Shown here: piece by piece, positions 36,938-45,495 of the stretch
Numbering within the stretch: the stretch's first letter is position 1
How the letters are laid out: each line of letters starts with the position of its first letter
NCBI GenBank assembly: GCA_036381175.1
Contig: DASVDI010000015.1
Location: 14,980-78,979, forward strand
Reading direction: 5' to 3'
DNA from: Gammaproteobacteria bacterium
GTDB lineage: Bacteria; Pseudomonadota; Gammaproteobacteria; Natronospirales; JAJUFS01
DNA length: 64,000 nucleotides
Notes under the pieces: model-generated
What the model saw: only the letters and a program-made list of their open reading frames with translations
What the model was told of the DNA's origin: nothing
Databases searched by the model: none
Made by a program: the position numbers and the translations under genes

Positions 36938-39643
36938 ATGCCGCGAAGAAAAAAACCGGGGTTTCTACTGAATTATGACTTGCCAGCAGTTATTCTTTGT
37001 GGGAGCAATGGTCCCACATATACTAAAAAGCGATTTCCGGGGGCGGTTGTAGTGCGTCATTCGAGCAGGAACAACAGCAGGAATACGGTCAATACCGATC
37101 TGGTTCGCCGGGCAGCTGGCTGGAGCCTGCTCGTGTGCGTCCTGACGATTTGCCTGTTGCTCCCCGTTTCACTGAATCAATACCAGCGCAATGAAGCCGA
37201 TCTTGCCGCGGCCACCCAGGTGCAGGCGGTTGAGACCGCCGTTCGCCTGCAACAGGAAATCGATCATCACCTGAAACTGCTTGCCGTGTTGCGCGACAAG
37301 CTGCAACGCCGCGACGGTTTCGACATGGCCGATGTCATGGCGGAAGCGGCTGTGATGACGCAGGCCTGGCCGGCCTTCCAGGCCATCAACTGGGTCGGCG
37401 CGGACGGCCGCATGCTCGCCGTCATGCCCGAGGCCGGCAACCTGCCCGCCGGCAGCATGAACGTGCTGGACGTGCCGTTGGCCGCACCCGCGTTCCGACT
37501 CGCGCTGGAAAGTGGCGCGCTTACGGCCACGCCGCCGCTGGAATTGCGCCAGGGCGGGCGCGGCGTCACCACGTATCTCGCTGTTCGCGAAGCCGGTCAC
37601 GTGCTTGGCGTCATCAACGGCGTTTTTCGCCTGGAGCCGCTGTTCAGCGGTTTGCTCAGCGGCGGGCTGATGGAGCGGTACGCCATTCGTGTCATGGACG
37701 AGAACATGCTCGTTTATGCCGCCGGCGAAATTCCCGAACGCTTCCAGGACGAACCGGTGGTTACCGTCGCTTTCGATCAGCGCCTCTGGCAGGTGCAGCT
37801 CGCACCGCGCGCGGCGAGCGTTGCGAATTTCGCGGCACAGTTCCGTGCCGAGTCGGCGATCATTTTCGGCATCGCCTTGCTGGCTGGCTTGCTCACCGGC
37901 CTGCTCAGCTACAAGCAGATGTGGCTGCGGCACACCGAACGGCGTTTCCGCGAACTCAACCGCCTGTTGCCCGACATGGTGCTGGAATGCGACGAGCATT
38001 GGCGCGTGACTTACCTCAATCACCTCGCGCAGCAACAACTGGGTTACGCGGACATCGAGATTCATGAAGGCCTCGCGCTGAATGAACTGCTGAACATGGA
38101 AGACCTCGAGGCGTCGTTCGCGCACTTGCGCGAAGAGGCGGGCGGTCAACCCGTCACGCGCATCTGTGACGTGCGCCGCCATGACGGTGAAATGATTTCC
38201 TGCGAGATCACCCTGGGTGCGATCGAAGACCAGGCCGGCCATTTCCGCGGTGCGCGTGCCGTGCTGCGGGATATCACCGAGCGGCTGGAAGCGGAGCGCG
38301 CGATGAATCGTCTCGCGAATTTCGACCCGACCACGCAGTTGCCGAATCGCGCAATGTTCCTGCAGGTGTTGAGCCATGAAATCCGCCAGGCCGAAGCCGA
38401 GGGGCGCAAGCTCGTGCTGATGGTCATTGATCTCGACAACTTCAAGAGCATCAACGATCGCCTCGGTCCGTCCATGGGCGACCTGCTGCTGCGTGAAGCG
38501 GCGCAGCGCTTGCGTGATGCGCTGAACCGGGAAGAAACCGTGTTTCGCACCAGCGGTGATGAGTTTGCGGTGTTGTTCGACAGTCTCGAATCGCGCGAAG
38601 AAATGGAGCAGATGGCGCAGTTCCTGTTGACGACATTGCGCCAGCCATACAATTTGCGTGCGACCGCCGAGGAGATCATCAACGCGACTGCCGGCATCAG
38701 CGTGTTTCCCGATGACGCGACCGATTCCGAGCAGCTGTACATGAATGCCGATGTCGCTGTCTGCGAAGCAAAGGCCGAAGGCGGCCGGCGCTTCCGCTTG
38801 TTCACGCATGAAATCAGCCGGCAGTTGAGCGAGCGCAAGGATTTCGAGGAATCGTTGCGCCATGCCTTGCAGCGCGATGAATTCCGGCTGGTGTACCAGC
38901 CGGTCGTGAATGCAGAACTGGGCAAGGTCATTGGCGTGGAAGCGCTGCTTCGCTGGCAGCATCCCGAGAAAGGGTTACTTACGCCGGTGCATTTCATACG
39001 GCTCGCCGAGGAAACCGGCCTGATCGACAGCATCGGTGCGTGGGTGTTGCACGAGGCCTGCAGGCAGATGGGTGTGTGGGACAGCATCGGCGTTCACGTG
39101 CCGCAAGTTGCCGTGAACGTTTCCGCGCACCAGCTTGAAAGCGGCGTGCTCGGCAACGACGTGCGCCGCGCCCTGCGCAACAGCGGCATGGCGGGCGATC
39201 GCCTGGTTCTCGAACTCACCGAATCGTTGTTGATGCGCGATGTGAATTTCGCGACGCGCATGTTGTCCGGTTTGAAGGAACATGGTGTGCGCACGGCGGT
39301 CGACGATTTCGGTACCGGTTATTCATCGCTCGCGTATTTGAATCGCCTGCCGATCGATACGCTGAAAATCGATCGCGCGTTCATCGCGCCGATTGCCGAG
39401 CCCGGTGGAGACACTCGGGTCACCGAAGCGGTCATTGCGTTAGGTCGCCTGCTGAAATTGCACATCGTCGCGGAAGGCGTCGAGCAGGCCGCGCAGGCGG
39501 ACTTCCTGCTGGAGCAGGGCTGCGTTTCCATGCAGGGATATTATTTCACCCGACCCGTGCCGCCGCTTGAGATACCGGCATTGATCGCGAAGGACTGGCG
39601 TTCGATGGTTGTGCAGCGAAGGGTTTCGTTGCGGGTGCAGTAG
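36938..39643 (+). CDS. Membrane sensor with PAS, GGDEF and EAL domains
   Basis: Two TM segments around a periplasmic domain, PAS, DLDNFK.IND, SGDEF variant, VEALLRW, DDFGTGYSSL; true start probably downstream of 36938. Confidence 0.9.
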   Translation: MPRRKKPGFLLNYDLPAVILCGSNGPTYTKKRFPGAVVVRHSSRNNSRNTVNTDLVRRAAGWSLLVCVLTICLLLPVSLNQYQRNEADLAAATQVQAVETAVRLQQEIDHHLKLLAVLRDKLQRRDGFDMADVMAEAAVMTQAWPAFQAINWVGADGRMLAVMPEAGNLPAGSMNVLDVPLAAPAFRLALESGALTATPPLELRQGGRGVTTYLAVREAGHVLGVINGVFRLEPLFSGLLSGGLMERYAIRVMDENMLVYAAGEIPERFQDEPVVTVAFDQRLWQVQLAPRAASVANFAAQFRAESAIIFGIALLAGLLTGLLSYKQMWLRHTERRFRELNRLLPDMVLECDEHWRVTYLNHLAQQQLGYADIEIHEGLALNELLNMEDLEASFAHLREEAGGQPVTRICDVRRHDGEMISCEITLGAIEDQAGHFRGARAVLRDITERLEAERAMNRLANFDPTTQLPNRAMFLQVLSHEIRQAEAEGRKLVLMVIDLDNFKSINDRLGPSMGDLLLREAAQRLRDALNREETVFRTSGDEFAVLFDSLESREEMEQMAQFLLTTLRQPYNLRATAEEIINATAGISVFPDDATDSEQLYMNADVAVCEAKAEGGRRFRLFTHEISRQLSERKDFEESLRHALQRDEFRLVYQPVVNAELGKVIGVEALLRWQHPEKGLLTPVHFIRLAEETGLIDSIGAWVLHEACRQMGVWDSIGVHVPQVAVNVSAHQLESGVLGNDVRRALRNSGMAGDRLVLELTESLLMRDVNFATRMLSGLKEHGVRTAVDDFGTGYSSLAYLNRLPIDTLKIDRAFIAPIAEPGGDTRVTEAVIALGRLLKLHIVAEGVEQAAQADFLLEQGCVSMQGYYFTRPVPPLEIPALIAKDWRSMVVQRRVSLRVQ

Positions 39644-39650
39644 AGGAAGA

Positions 39651-39801
39651 AAAATTCCTCCCCGGCCCTCCCTTTGAAAAAGGGAGGGAGCCCTTCGTTC
39701 GGTTTTGTCGAAATCTGACTAACGATGTCTTGCGGTAGTGCTGACGAAGAAAGCCCCCTTTCTTGAAGGGGCCGCTGTGCGCAGCACAGCGGGAGGATTT
39801 C
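39651..39801 (+). repeat. Composite two-hairpin repeat (MITE/REP-like), copy 1
   Basis: aaaattcctccccggccctccctttgaaaaagggagggag ... gccccctttcttgaaggggccgctgtgcgcagcacagcgggaggatttc; matches 44262-44418 at both ends. Confidence 0.82.
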
Positions 39802-40402
39802 AACGCCTGAAAATTCTTCTTCCGAACACCGCATTCATCAGGATAGGCAATCCGTCGCGCACCACACTGATGCGTGAGAAAACCGTGTTGTAAAGCTTTT
39901 CGTAAATGTCGCCGTGCTTGAGCAGGTCAGCGCCAAGGTTGGAGCGGTATTCGCGCACGCTGGCCATGCCGTCGATCATCAGGTGCAGGATTTCGAGCAG
40001 GTCGTCCACCACGGGCTGCAAGGCGCGCAGCGCGATGTCGTCGTTGTCTTCATCGGAACGCGCCAGTGTTTCGAGATCGTTGTAGACCCGCGTGAATCGT
40101 TGCAGCATCTCCGTGCGCATCTCGCAGATGCGGTCGTAGGGCCGCGCATACAACTGGTCATAGATCAGGCCGCGGCCGCGCAGCTCTTCTTTCAGGTCGG
40201 GGCGCTTCTCGCGCAACTCCTGCATCGATTCCTTCATGGTCAGCAGCAGGCCGAGCAACTCTGAGCTGATTTTCGCGCGCACGGCGTTGGCACGCTTGCG
40301 ATCTTCCAGCAGCATCTGCAGCCGGATCTTGCGGCCCATCTCCCGGCTCAGGCCGGCGTCTGAATTGCCCGGGTTTTCCGAATTTTTATCGCCGTCATCC
40401 AT
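39800..40402 (-). CDS. Hypothetical helical protein with an internal repeat
   Basis: About 200 aa ORF with host-like codon usage; two ungapped ~45 aa repeats; start set at MDDGDK. Confidence 0.7.
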   Translation of the reverse strand: MDDGDKNSENPGNSDAGLSREMGRKIRLQMLLEDRKRANAVRAKISSELLGLLLTMKESMQELREKRPDLKEELRGRGLIYDQLYARPYDRICEMRTEMLQRFTRVYNDLETLARSDEDNDDIALRALQPVVDDLLEILHLMIDGMASVREYRSNLGADLLKHGDIYEKLYNTVFSRISVVRDGLPILMNAVFGRRIFRR

Positions 40403-40532
40403 GCGAATCTCGTTTCCTGTGGTGTCCCGACTTTCCGGTTGCAAGATAACTGTTTGGCTGTGTGCCGGGCAACGGCTTTACATAATGGTTTTGCCGAATG
40501 AATGCAAACCGGAAGGGCAAAAGGCGAGGTTT

Positions 40533-41627
40533 TCAATCGAGGCGCTTGCGGAAACGAATGATGGCCAGCAACAACATGACGGCGGTGAAGGCGGACAGCG
40601 CGAGCAGTTCCGTGCCCATGGTGAGAATGCCGATGCCGCGAATGGCGATGCCGCGCACCAGCCGGATGAAATGCGTCAGCGGAAGAATCTCGCCGATCCA
40701 GCGGGCGGCCAGTGGCATACCGTGGAACGGAAACATGAAACCGGACAGCAGGATGGATGGCAGGAAGGTGAACACGGTGAGCTGCATGGCCTGGAACTGC
40801 GTTTTTGCGAGCGTGGAAATGGTCAGGCCGAGTGCGAGTGTCGCGACGATGAACAACGCCGCGGCGAGATAGAGGTCCAGCAGCGAGCCGCGCACCGGCA
40901 CGTCGAACAGCCACGCGCCGGCAAGGAGAATGATGCTGACCTGCACAAGACCGATGAGCACGTAGGGCAGGATCTTGCCGAGCATCAGCTCCGGCGTGCG
41001 CACGGGTGTGGTGATAAGCAATTCGAGATTGCCGCGTTCGCGTTCGCGCACAATGGCAATGGCGGTGAACAGCACCATGGTGAGATTGAGAATGACGCCG
41101 ATCAGGCCGGGAACAATCTGCACTTGCGAACGGTGTTCGGGATTGTAATAAGTGCGTGCTTCGAAGACGGCCGACGAAACTGCTTCTTTCGCGAACGGCG
41201 GCGGCATGCGCACCAGTTGCCGCGCGATGCGCGCAATGGTCGGATCGCTGCCGTTGATCAGCAGTTGTACGGCTGGCCGGGATGCATCCTGCAAGCGGCG
41301 TTCGAAGTCCGGTGGAATGAACAGGCCGACATCGATGTCGCCGGCATCAAGCTGGCGTTTCAGTTGCACGGGTCCGCCGGCAACAGCGATGACATCGATC
41401 AACTGGCTCGCTTGCGCGGCGCGCACCAGTTCACGCGAGGCGCTGGTGTTTGCCTGGTCGGCAACGCCCGCGCGCAGGTGGCGCACGTCGGTGTCAATGG
41501 CGTAGCCGAACAACAGGATCTGCAACAACGGCACGCCGATGATCATGCCGAAAGTGAGGCGGTCGCGGCGCAACTGCTTCACCTCCTTTCGAGCTATGGC
41601 CGTGAGCCTTTGCAAACGCGCCTTCAT
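40533..41627 (-). CDS. ABC-2 type transporter permease (YbhR/S-like)
   Basis: LQILLFGYAIDTD, IVPGLIGVIL, RERERGNLELL..TP, SGFMFP..GMP. Confidence 0.92.
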   Translation of the reverse strand: MKARLQRLTAIARKEVKQLRRDRLTFGMIIGVPLLQILLFGYAIDTDVRHLRAGVADQANTSASRELVRAAQASQLIDVIAVAGGPVQLKRQLDAGDIDVGLFIPPDFERRLQDASRPAVQLLINGSDPTIARIARQLVRMPPPFAKEAVSSAVFEARTYYNPEHRSQVQIVPGLIGVILNLTMVLFTAIAIVRERERGNLELLITTPVRTPELMLGKILPYVLIGLVQVSIILLAGAWLFDVPVRGSLLDLYLAAALFIVATLALGLTISTLAKTQFQAMQLTVFTFLPSILLSGFMFPFHGMPLAARWIGEILPLTHFIRLVRGIAIRGIGILTMGTELLALSAFTAVMLLLAIIRFRKRLD

Positions 41628-42589
41628 GCGACCGCCCCCTCACCACGTTCTTCTTCCTTCAGTCGCGTTGCGGCAACAAACACATCTTCGAGGTTCGCGC
41701 CGACGGCTTCGACACGCGCATCGATTCCGGATTCGCGCAAGCGGCGCACGATGATTTCCTGAGCGTCTTCCATGTCTTTCACGAGCAGCGCATGCAAGCG
41801 CGTTCCAAGTTGCGCGACGCTGCGCACGCCGTCCTGTTTTGCCAGTTCGCGCCGCGCGTCAAGTGGCCTTTCGGTTTCGATTTCCAGCACCTGCGCATCG
41901 ATGTCGCGCATCAATCGCTGCGGCGAACCTGATGCAACCAGCCGGCCGCGATCAAGGATCGCAAGTTCATGGCAGCGTTCGGCTTCATCCATGTAATGCG
42001 TTGAAACGAGAATGGTCGTACCGCGTCCGACCAGCTCGAACAGCTTGTCCCAGAAATCGCGCCGGCTTTGCGGATCCACGGCACTGGTGGGTTCGTCGAG
42101 GATCAGCAAGTCGGGTTCGTGCAGCGTCACGCCTGCAAGCGCGAGGCGTTGTTTCTGGCCGCCGCTCAAGGTGCCGGCGAGCTGTCCTCGACGCTCAGCG
42201 AGAAAATAATTTTCCAGCGCATCCTCGATGCGCGTGCTGCGTTCTCGCCGCGGCAGCGCGTACACGTCGGTCAGGAATTCGAGGTTTTCCTGCACGGTGA
42301 GGTCTTCGTAGAGCGAGAACTTCTGGGTCATGTAGCCGATGCGCCGGCGCACCGCTTCGGCATCGCGCGGCACCTTGAAGCCGAGCACTTCGGCTTCACC
42401 GTCACTCGGTTTCAGAAGACCGCACAGCATGCGGATGGTGGTCGATTTGCCCGATCCATTCGGCCCGAGAAAACCGTAGATCCTTGCGGCGGGAATATCG
42501 AGATCGACATGATCGACAGCGAGCAGCGATCCGAAACGGCGTGTGAGGCCGCGCGCGCGAATGGCCATATTGGCTGTATCGCGTGTCAT
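41624..42589 (-). CDS. ABC transporter ATP-binding protein
   Basis: GPNGSGKST Walker A, LSGGQ signature, ILDEPT Walker B, STHYMDEAE; ATGA overlap with the HlyD gene. Confidence 0.94.
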   Translation of the reverse strand: MTRDTANMAIRARGLTRRFGSLLAVDHVDLDIPAARIYGFLGPNGSGKSTTIRMLCGLLKPSDGEAEVLGFKVPRDAEAVRRRIGYMTQKFSLYEDLTVQENLEFLTDVYALPRRERSTRIEDALENYFLAERRGQLAGTLSGGQKQRLALAGVTLHEPDLLILDEPTSAVDPQSRRDFWDKLFELVGRGTTILVSTHYMDEAERCHELAILDRGRLVASGSPQRLMRDIDAQVLEIETERPLDARRELAKQDGVRSVAQLGTRLHALLVKDMEDAQEIIVRRLRESGIDARVEAVGANLEDVFVAATRLKEEERGEGAVA

Positions 42590-43539
42590 TGCGTCTCGTC
42601 TTTTGCTGCGAAGACTTCGACGGGCAAACCGGCAGGCAGTTTTGCTGCCGCTTCGCCGCTGAGGTCGATTTCCGCGGCATAACTTAACCGGTCGCGGTCG
42701 TGTTCCGTGAGCGCGAAGTAAGGTGTGAACGCCGCACTCGCCGACACCCAGCGAACCTGTCCCGGGAAATTTCCAAAGCCCGGCACGTGAACGGTCACTT
42801 TTGATCCGGTAGAAAATTGTTCGCGCCACGCGGCAGGAATGTACGTGCGTGCGTAAGGCGCACCTTCGGCGAGAAGGATCACAACTTCGGCGCCTGCGGA
42901 TGGTTGCGCGCCGCGTTCGAAGGGAATCGCTTCGATGCGTCCGTCGCGCGGTGCTTCAACGGACAGGCGTTCGATGATGAGTTCCTGGATGTGCAGCGCG
43001 GCGCGCGTTGCGTCGAGTTCTGCGCGTGCCTGGTCGAGTTCTTCGACGGTCGTGCCTTCAAGCAGCACCTGCAGGGCAGCGCGCGCCGCGTCGTAGTCGC
43101 CCTGGCGCGCGTCGCGTTGTGCACGTGCCGCGTCCAGTGCGGCAACACTTGCGAGATTTTCCGAACGCAATTGTTGCAGGCGTCCGTATTCATTCTTCGC
43201 GTTCTCCAGCAATCCTTCCGCTGACGCCAGCCGCGCGCGTGCTTCACGAATGCTTTCCTCGCGCGGTCCGCGCACGAGTTCATCGACACGCCGTTCGGCC
43301 TGCCACATGAGTGCGGCAAGGCGTTCGCGTTCCGCGAGCGCGCGTGACGGATCAAGTTCGAGGATGAGTTCGCCTTTTTCGACGCGTTCGCCTTCGTTCG
43401 CGTGCACGGCGATCACCGGTTCGGAACGTTCAGCGAGCAGGGTGATGCGATCACGCTCCAGCGTGCCGACGAGATGCGCGCCGTTGTTTTCGCAAGCGAC
43501 GAGCATCAGTGCCACGAGCACGAGGCGGAGTTGTTTCAT
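42586..43539 (-). CDS. HlyD family membrane fusion protein (YbhG-like)
   Basis: LVAC lipobox, V..GERV..GELI..LD, coiled coil, A.FTPYFALT..DR.RL.Y. Confidence 0.88.
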   Translation of the reverse strand: MKQLRLVLVALMLVACENNGAHLVGTLERDRITLLAERSEPVIAVHANEGERVEKGELILELDPSRALAERERLAALMWQAERRVDELVRGPREESIREARARLASAEGLLENAKNEYGRLQQLRSENLASVAALDAARAQRDARQGDYDAARAALQVLLEGTTVEELDQARAELDATRAALHIQELIIERLSVEAPRDGRIEAIPFERGAQPSAGAEVVILLAEGAPYARTYIPAAWREQFSTGSKVTVHVPGFGNFPGQVRWVSASAAFTPYFALTEHDRDRLSYAAEIDLSGEAAAKLPAGLPVEVFAAKDETQ

Positions 43540-44195
43540 CGATGTCCCTCCCGGCTCGCGCCGATGTGGAAAAGCTGCGCGGTGTGTTCGGCAAGCTGTT
43601 CGATCATCGCGTCGTCGTAGGCGAGCCCGAGCACTTTTTCCGCGACTGGCCGCGCGATGAACGGGAAAACCGCCATGCTCATGAGTGACAGCAAAGCCAG
43701 CCGCGGATCGAGATCGTCGCGCAAATGTCCGGCGGCGAAATCACGTTCGAGGATGGCGCGCATTGCGCCTGCGCCACGCGTGGCGATGTCGCGAATGAAG
43801 GTTTCGCGCATCACGCCGTCGGCGGCGAGCACGTCGCGCATCAGCAGGGCGGGGAGTTCCGGCGTGCGCGCGAGCTGATGCATGTAGCTGTACAACGCGT
43901 CACGCAGTGAACCGGGCTCGCCGTCCGCCGCGAGCTGCTCCAGCCGTTGCAGGAGCGGACGCGCCGTTTCCTCCAGCATCGCCAGGTAAAGGCCGCGCTT
44001 GTCGCCGAAGTGGTAGTGCACCATCGCGGGCGTGACGCCGGCGCTGTCGGCGACATGTCGCACCGTTGTGCCGCGAAAGCCGTGTTTCGCGAACTCCGCA
44101 CGCGCCGCCAGCAGCAATTCGTGGCGGGAGTCGACTTTGCCAGCGTCCTGGGTACGACGGCCGGGACCGGGCTTTTGCAGGGATTTGCGTTTCAT
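43536..44195 (-). CDS. TetR/AcrR family transcriptional regulator
   Basis: AARAEFAKHGFRGTTVRHVA..AGVTPAMVHYHFGDKRGLY. Confidence 0.93.
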   Translation of the reverse strand: MKRKSLQKPGPGRRTQDAGKVDSRHELLLAARAEFAKHGFRGTTVRHVADSAGVTPAMVHYHFGDKRGLYLAMLEETARPLLQRLEQLAADGEPGSLRDALYSYMHQLARTPELPALLMRDVLAADGVMRETFIRDIATRGAGAMRAILERDFAAGHLRDDLDPRLALLSLMSMAVFPFIARPVAEKVLGLAYDDAMIEQLAEHTAQLFHIGASREGHR

Positions 44196-44261
44196 GGATG
44201 TTAATTAAACAGATAATTAATTAAAAATCAAGGGAAAGATGAAAAACGAAGGGAGGGAGAG

Positions 44262-44418
44262 AAAATTCCTCCCCGGCCCTCCCTTTGAGAAAGGGAGGGA
44301 GTTCTTCGTTCAGCATTCAGTCAGTCGAAGCCGAACCATGAGTTCTTGCAACAATGCCAGGAGAAATCAGCCCCCTTTGGAAAAGGGGGCCGCTGTGCGC
44401 AGCACGGCGGGGGATTTC
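44262..44418 (+). repeat. Composite two-hairpin repeat, copy 2
   Basis: aaaattcctccccggccctccctttgagaaagggagggag ... gccccctttggaaaagggggccgctgtgcgcagcacggcgggggatttc. Confidence 0.82.
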
Positions 44419-44462
44419 CTGCGGTGAACGTTCCGTGACAACCAGCAACCGGAAGACGTTTT

Positions 44463-45278
44463 TCAGTCTTCCAGCAACTCGATGGTGTGCGTCAGTAGTT
44501 GTGCATCCCCCGGCAAACCGTGGCCGGGAATGACCTGCTGCGCTTCGGGGTAGCGGGCGAGGGCGCGGCGCAGGGCGAGCGGCCAGGATTGTTCATTGGC
44601 GTCGCCGGTGAAACCGAGCGTTTCTGCGTGACGGGATTTCACCATGCAGCCGCCGAACAGCACCTTGTCGTCGGGAAACCAGGCGATGATGTTGTCCAGC
44701 GCGTGCGCGGGACCGGGATAGAACAGTTCGACGGCCTGCTCGCCGGACCGCAGCGGCAGATTCCCGTCGAAGACGAAATTCGGCGCCGTCCAGCCTTTCT
44801 TGCGCGCGATCTGGGCGGTGTTGCGCTGGCTGTAGATCGGAATTCCGCGCTCAGCGAACACATCGATGCTGCCCATGCGGTCATCGTGCGCGTGCGTGAT
44901 GACCAGGCGCTTGACCTTGCCGGGGAAATTGCTGTCCAACCAATCGAGCAGCTCGTAAGCGGCGGCGGCAGTCCACGGCGCATCAATGATCGTGATGCGA
45001 TCGGTGCCGATCATCAGCATGCCGTTCGCGTGCAGGCGCTGGCTGCCGAGATCGAAATAACTGCGGTAAACGTGGAGATTGTCGCTGACGGTGAAAATAT
45101 GCAGATCGTTCAGCACCACGTCCGGCTGGATGGCGCGTTTCTGGTTCAGCATCTGCATCGTCTGGCGGTAGTCGGCCGGATCAGGCTTCTCGGGGGGAGT
45201 GGCGCAGGCGGACAGCGCGACCGCCGCTGCGATTGCGATCAGCATGAACGGACGAGCAAGCCCCCGGAGCATGTTCAT
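44463..45278 (-). CDS. Subclass B1 metallo-beta-lactamase family lipoprotein
   Basis: THAHDDRMG (H116/H118/D120), GPAHALDN (H196), FGGCMVK (C221, K224), IPGHG (H263); LSAC lipobox; start 45278 or 45272. Confidence 0.88.
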   Translation of the reverse strand: MNMLRGLARPFMLIAIAAAVALSACATPPEKPDPADYRQTMQMLNQKRAIQPDVVLNDLHIFTVSDNLHVYRSYFDLGSQRLHANGMLMIGTDRITIIDAPWTAAAAYELLDWLDSNFPGKVKRLVITHAHDDRMGSIDVFAERGIPIYSQRNTAQIARKKGWTAPNFVFDGNLPLRSGEQAVELFYPGPAHALDNIIAWFPDDKVLFGGCMVKSRHAETLGFTGDANEQSWPLALRRALARYPEAQQVIPGHGLPGDAQLLTHTIELLED

Positions 45279-45495
45279 TATTTGATCCTTGTAAACCCGA
45301 TTCTTGTCATGACGCCGTGGCGAAACCGATCGGCTTTGAATTCCCCGCCTTGAGCGCACCCTCATGTGCTCGCCGCCGGTCGCAGCGTTGCCGCTGCTTT
45401 GGCCGGCATGATACTCCAGCGATATACTGCCCGCACGTTCAAGACCGTCCAACAAGAATAGACAAGAAATTACCTCTTTTTCTTTTGCCGTCCGA

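Noticed and set aside
36938-39643. SGDEF variant implying a dead cyclase
   Set aside because: First-position variants of GGDEF are common and can be active; not notable by itself.
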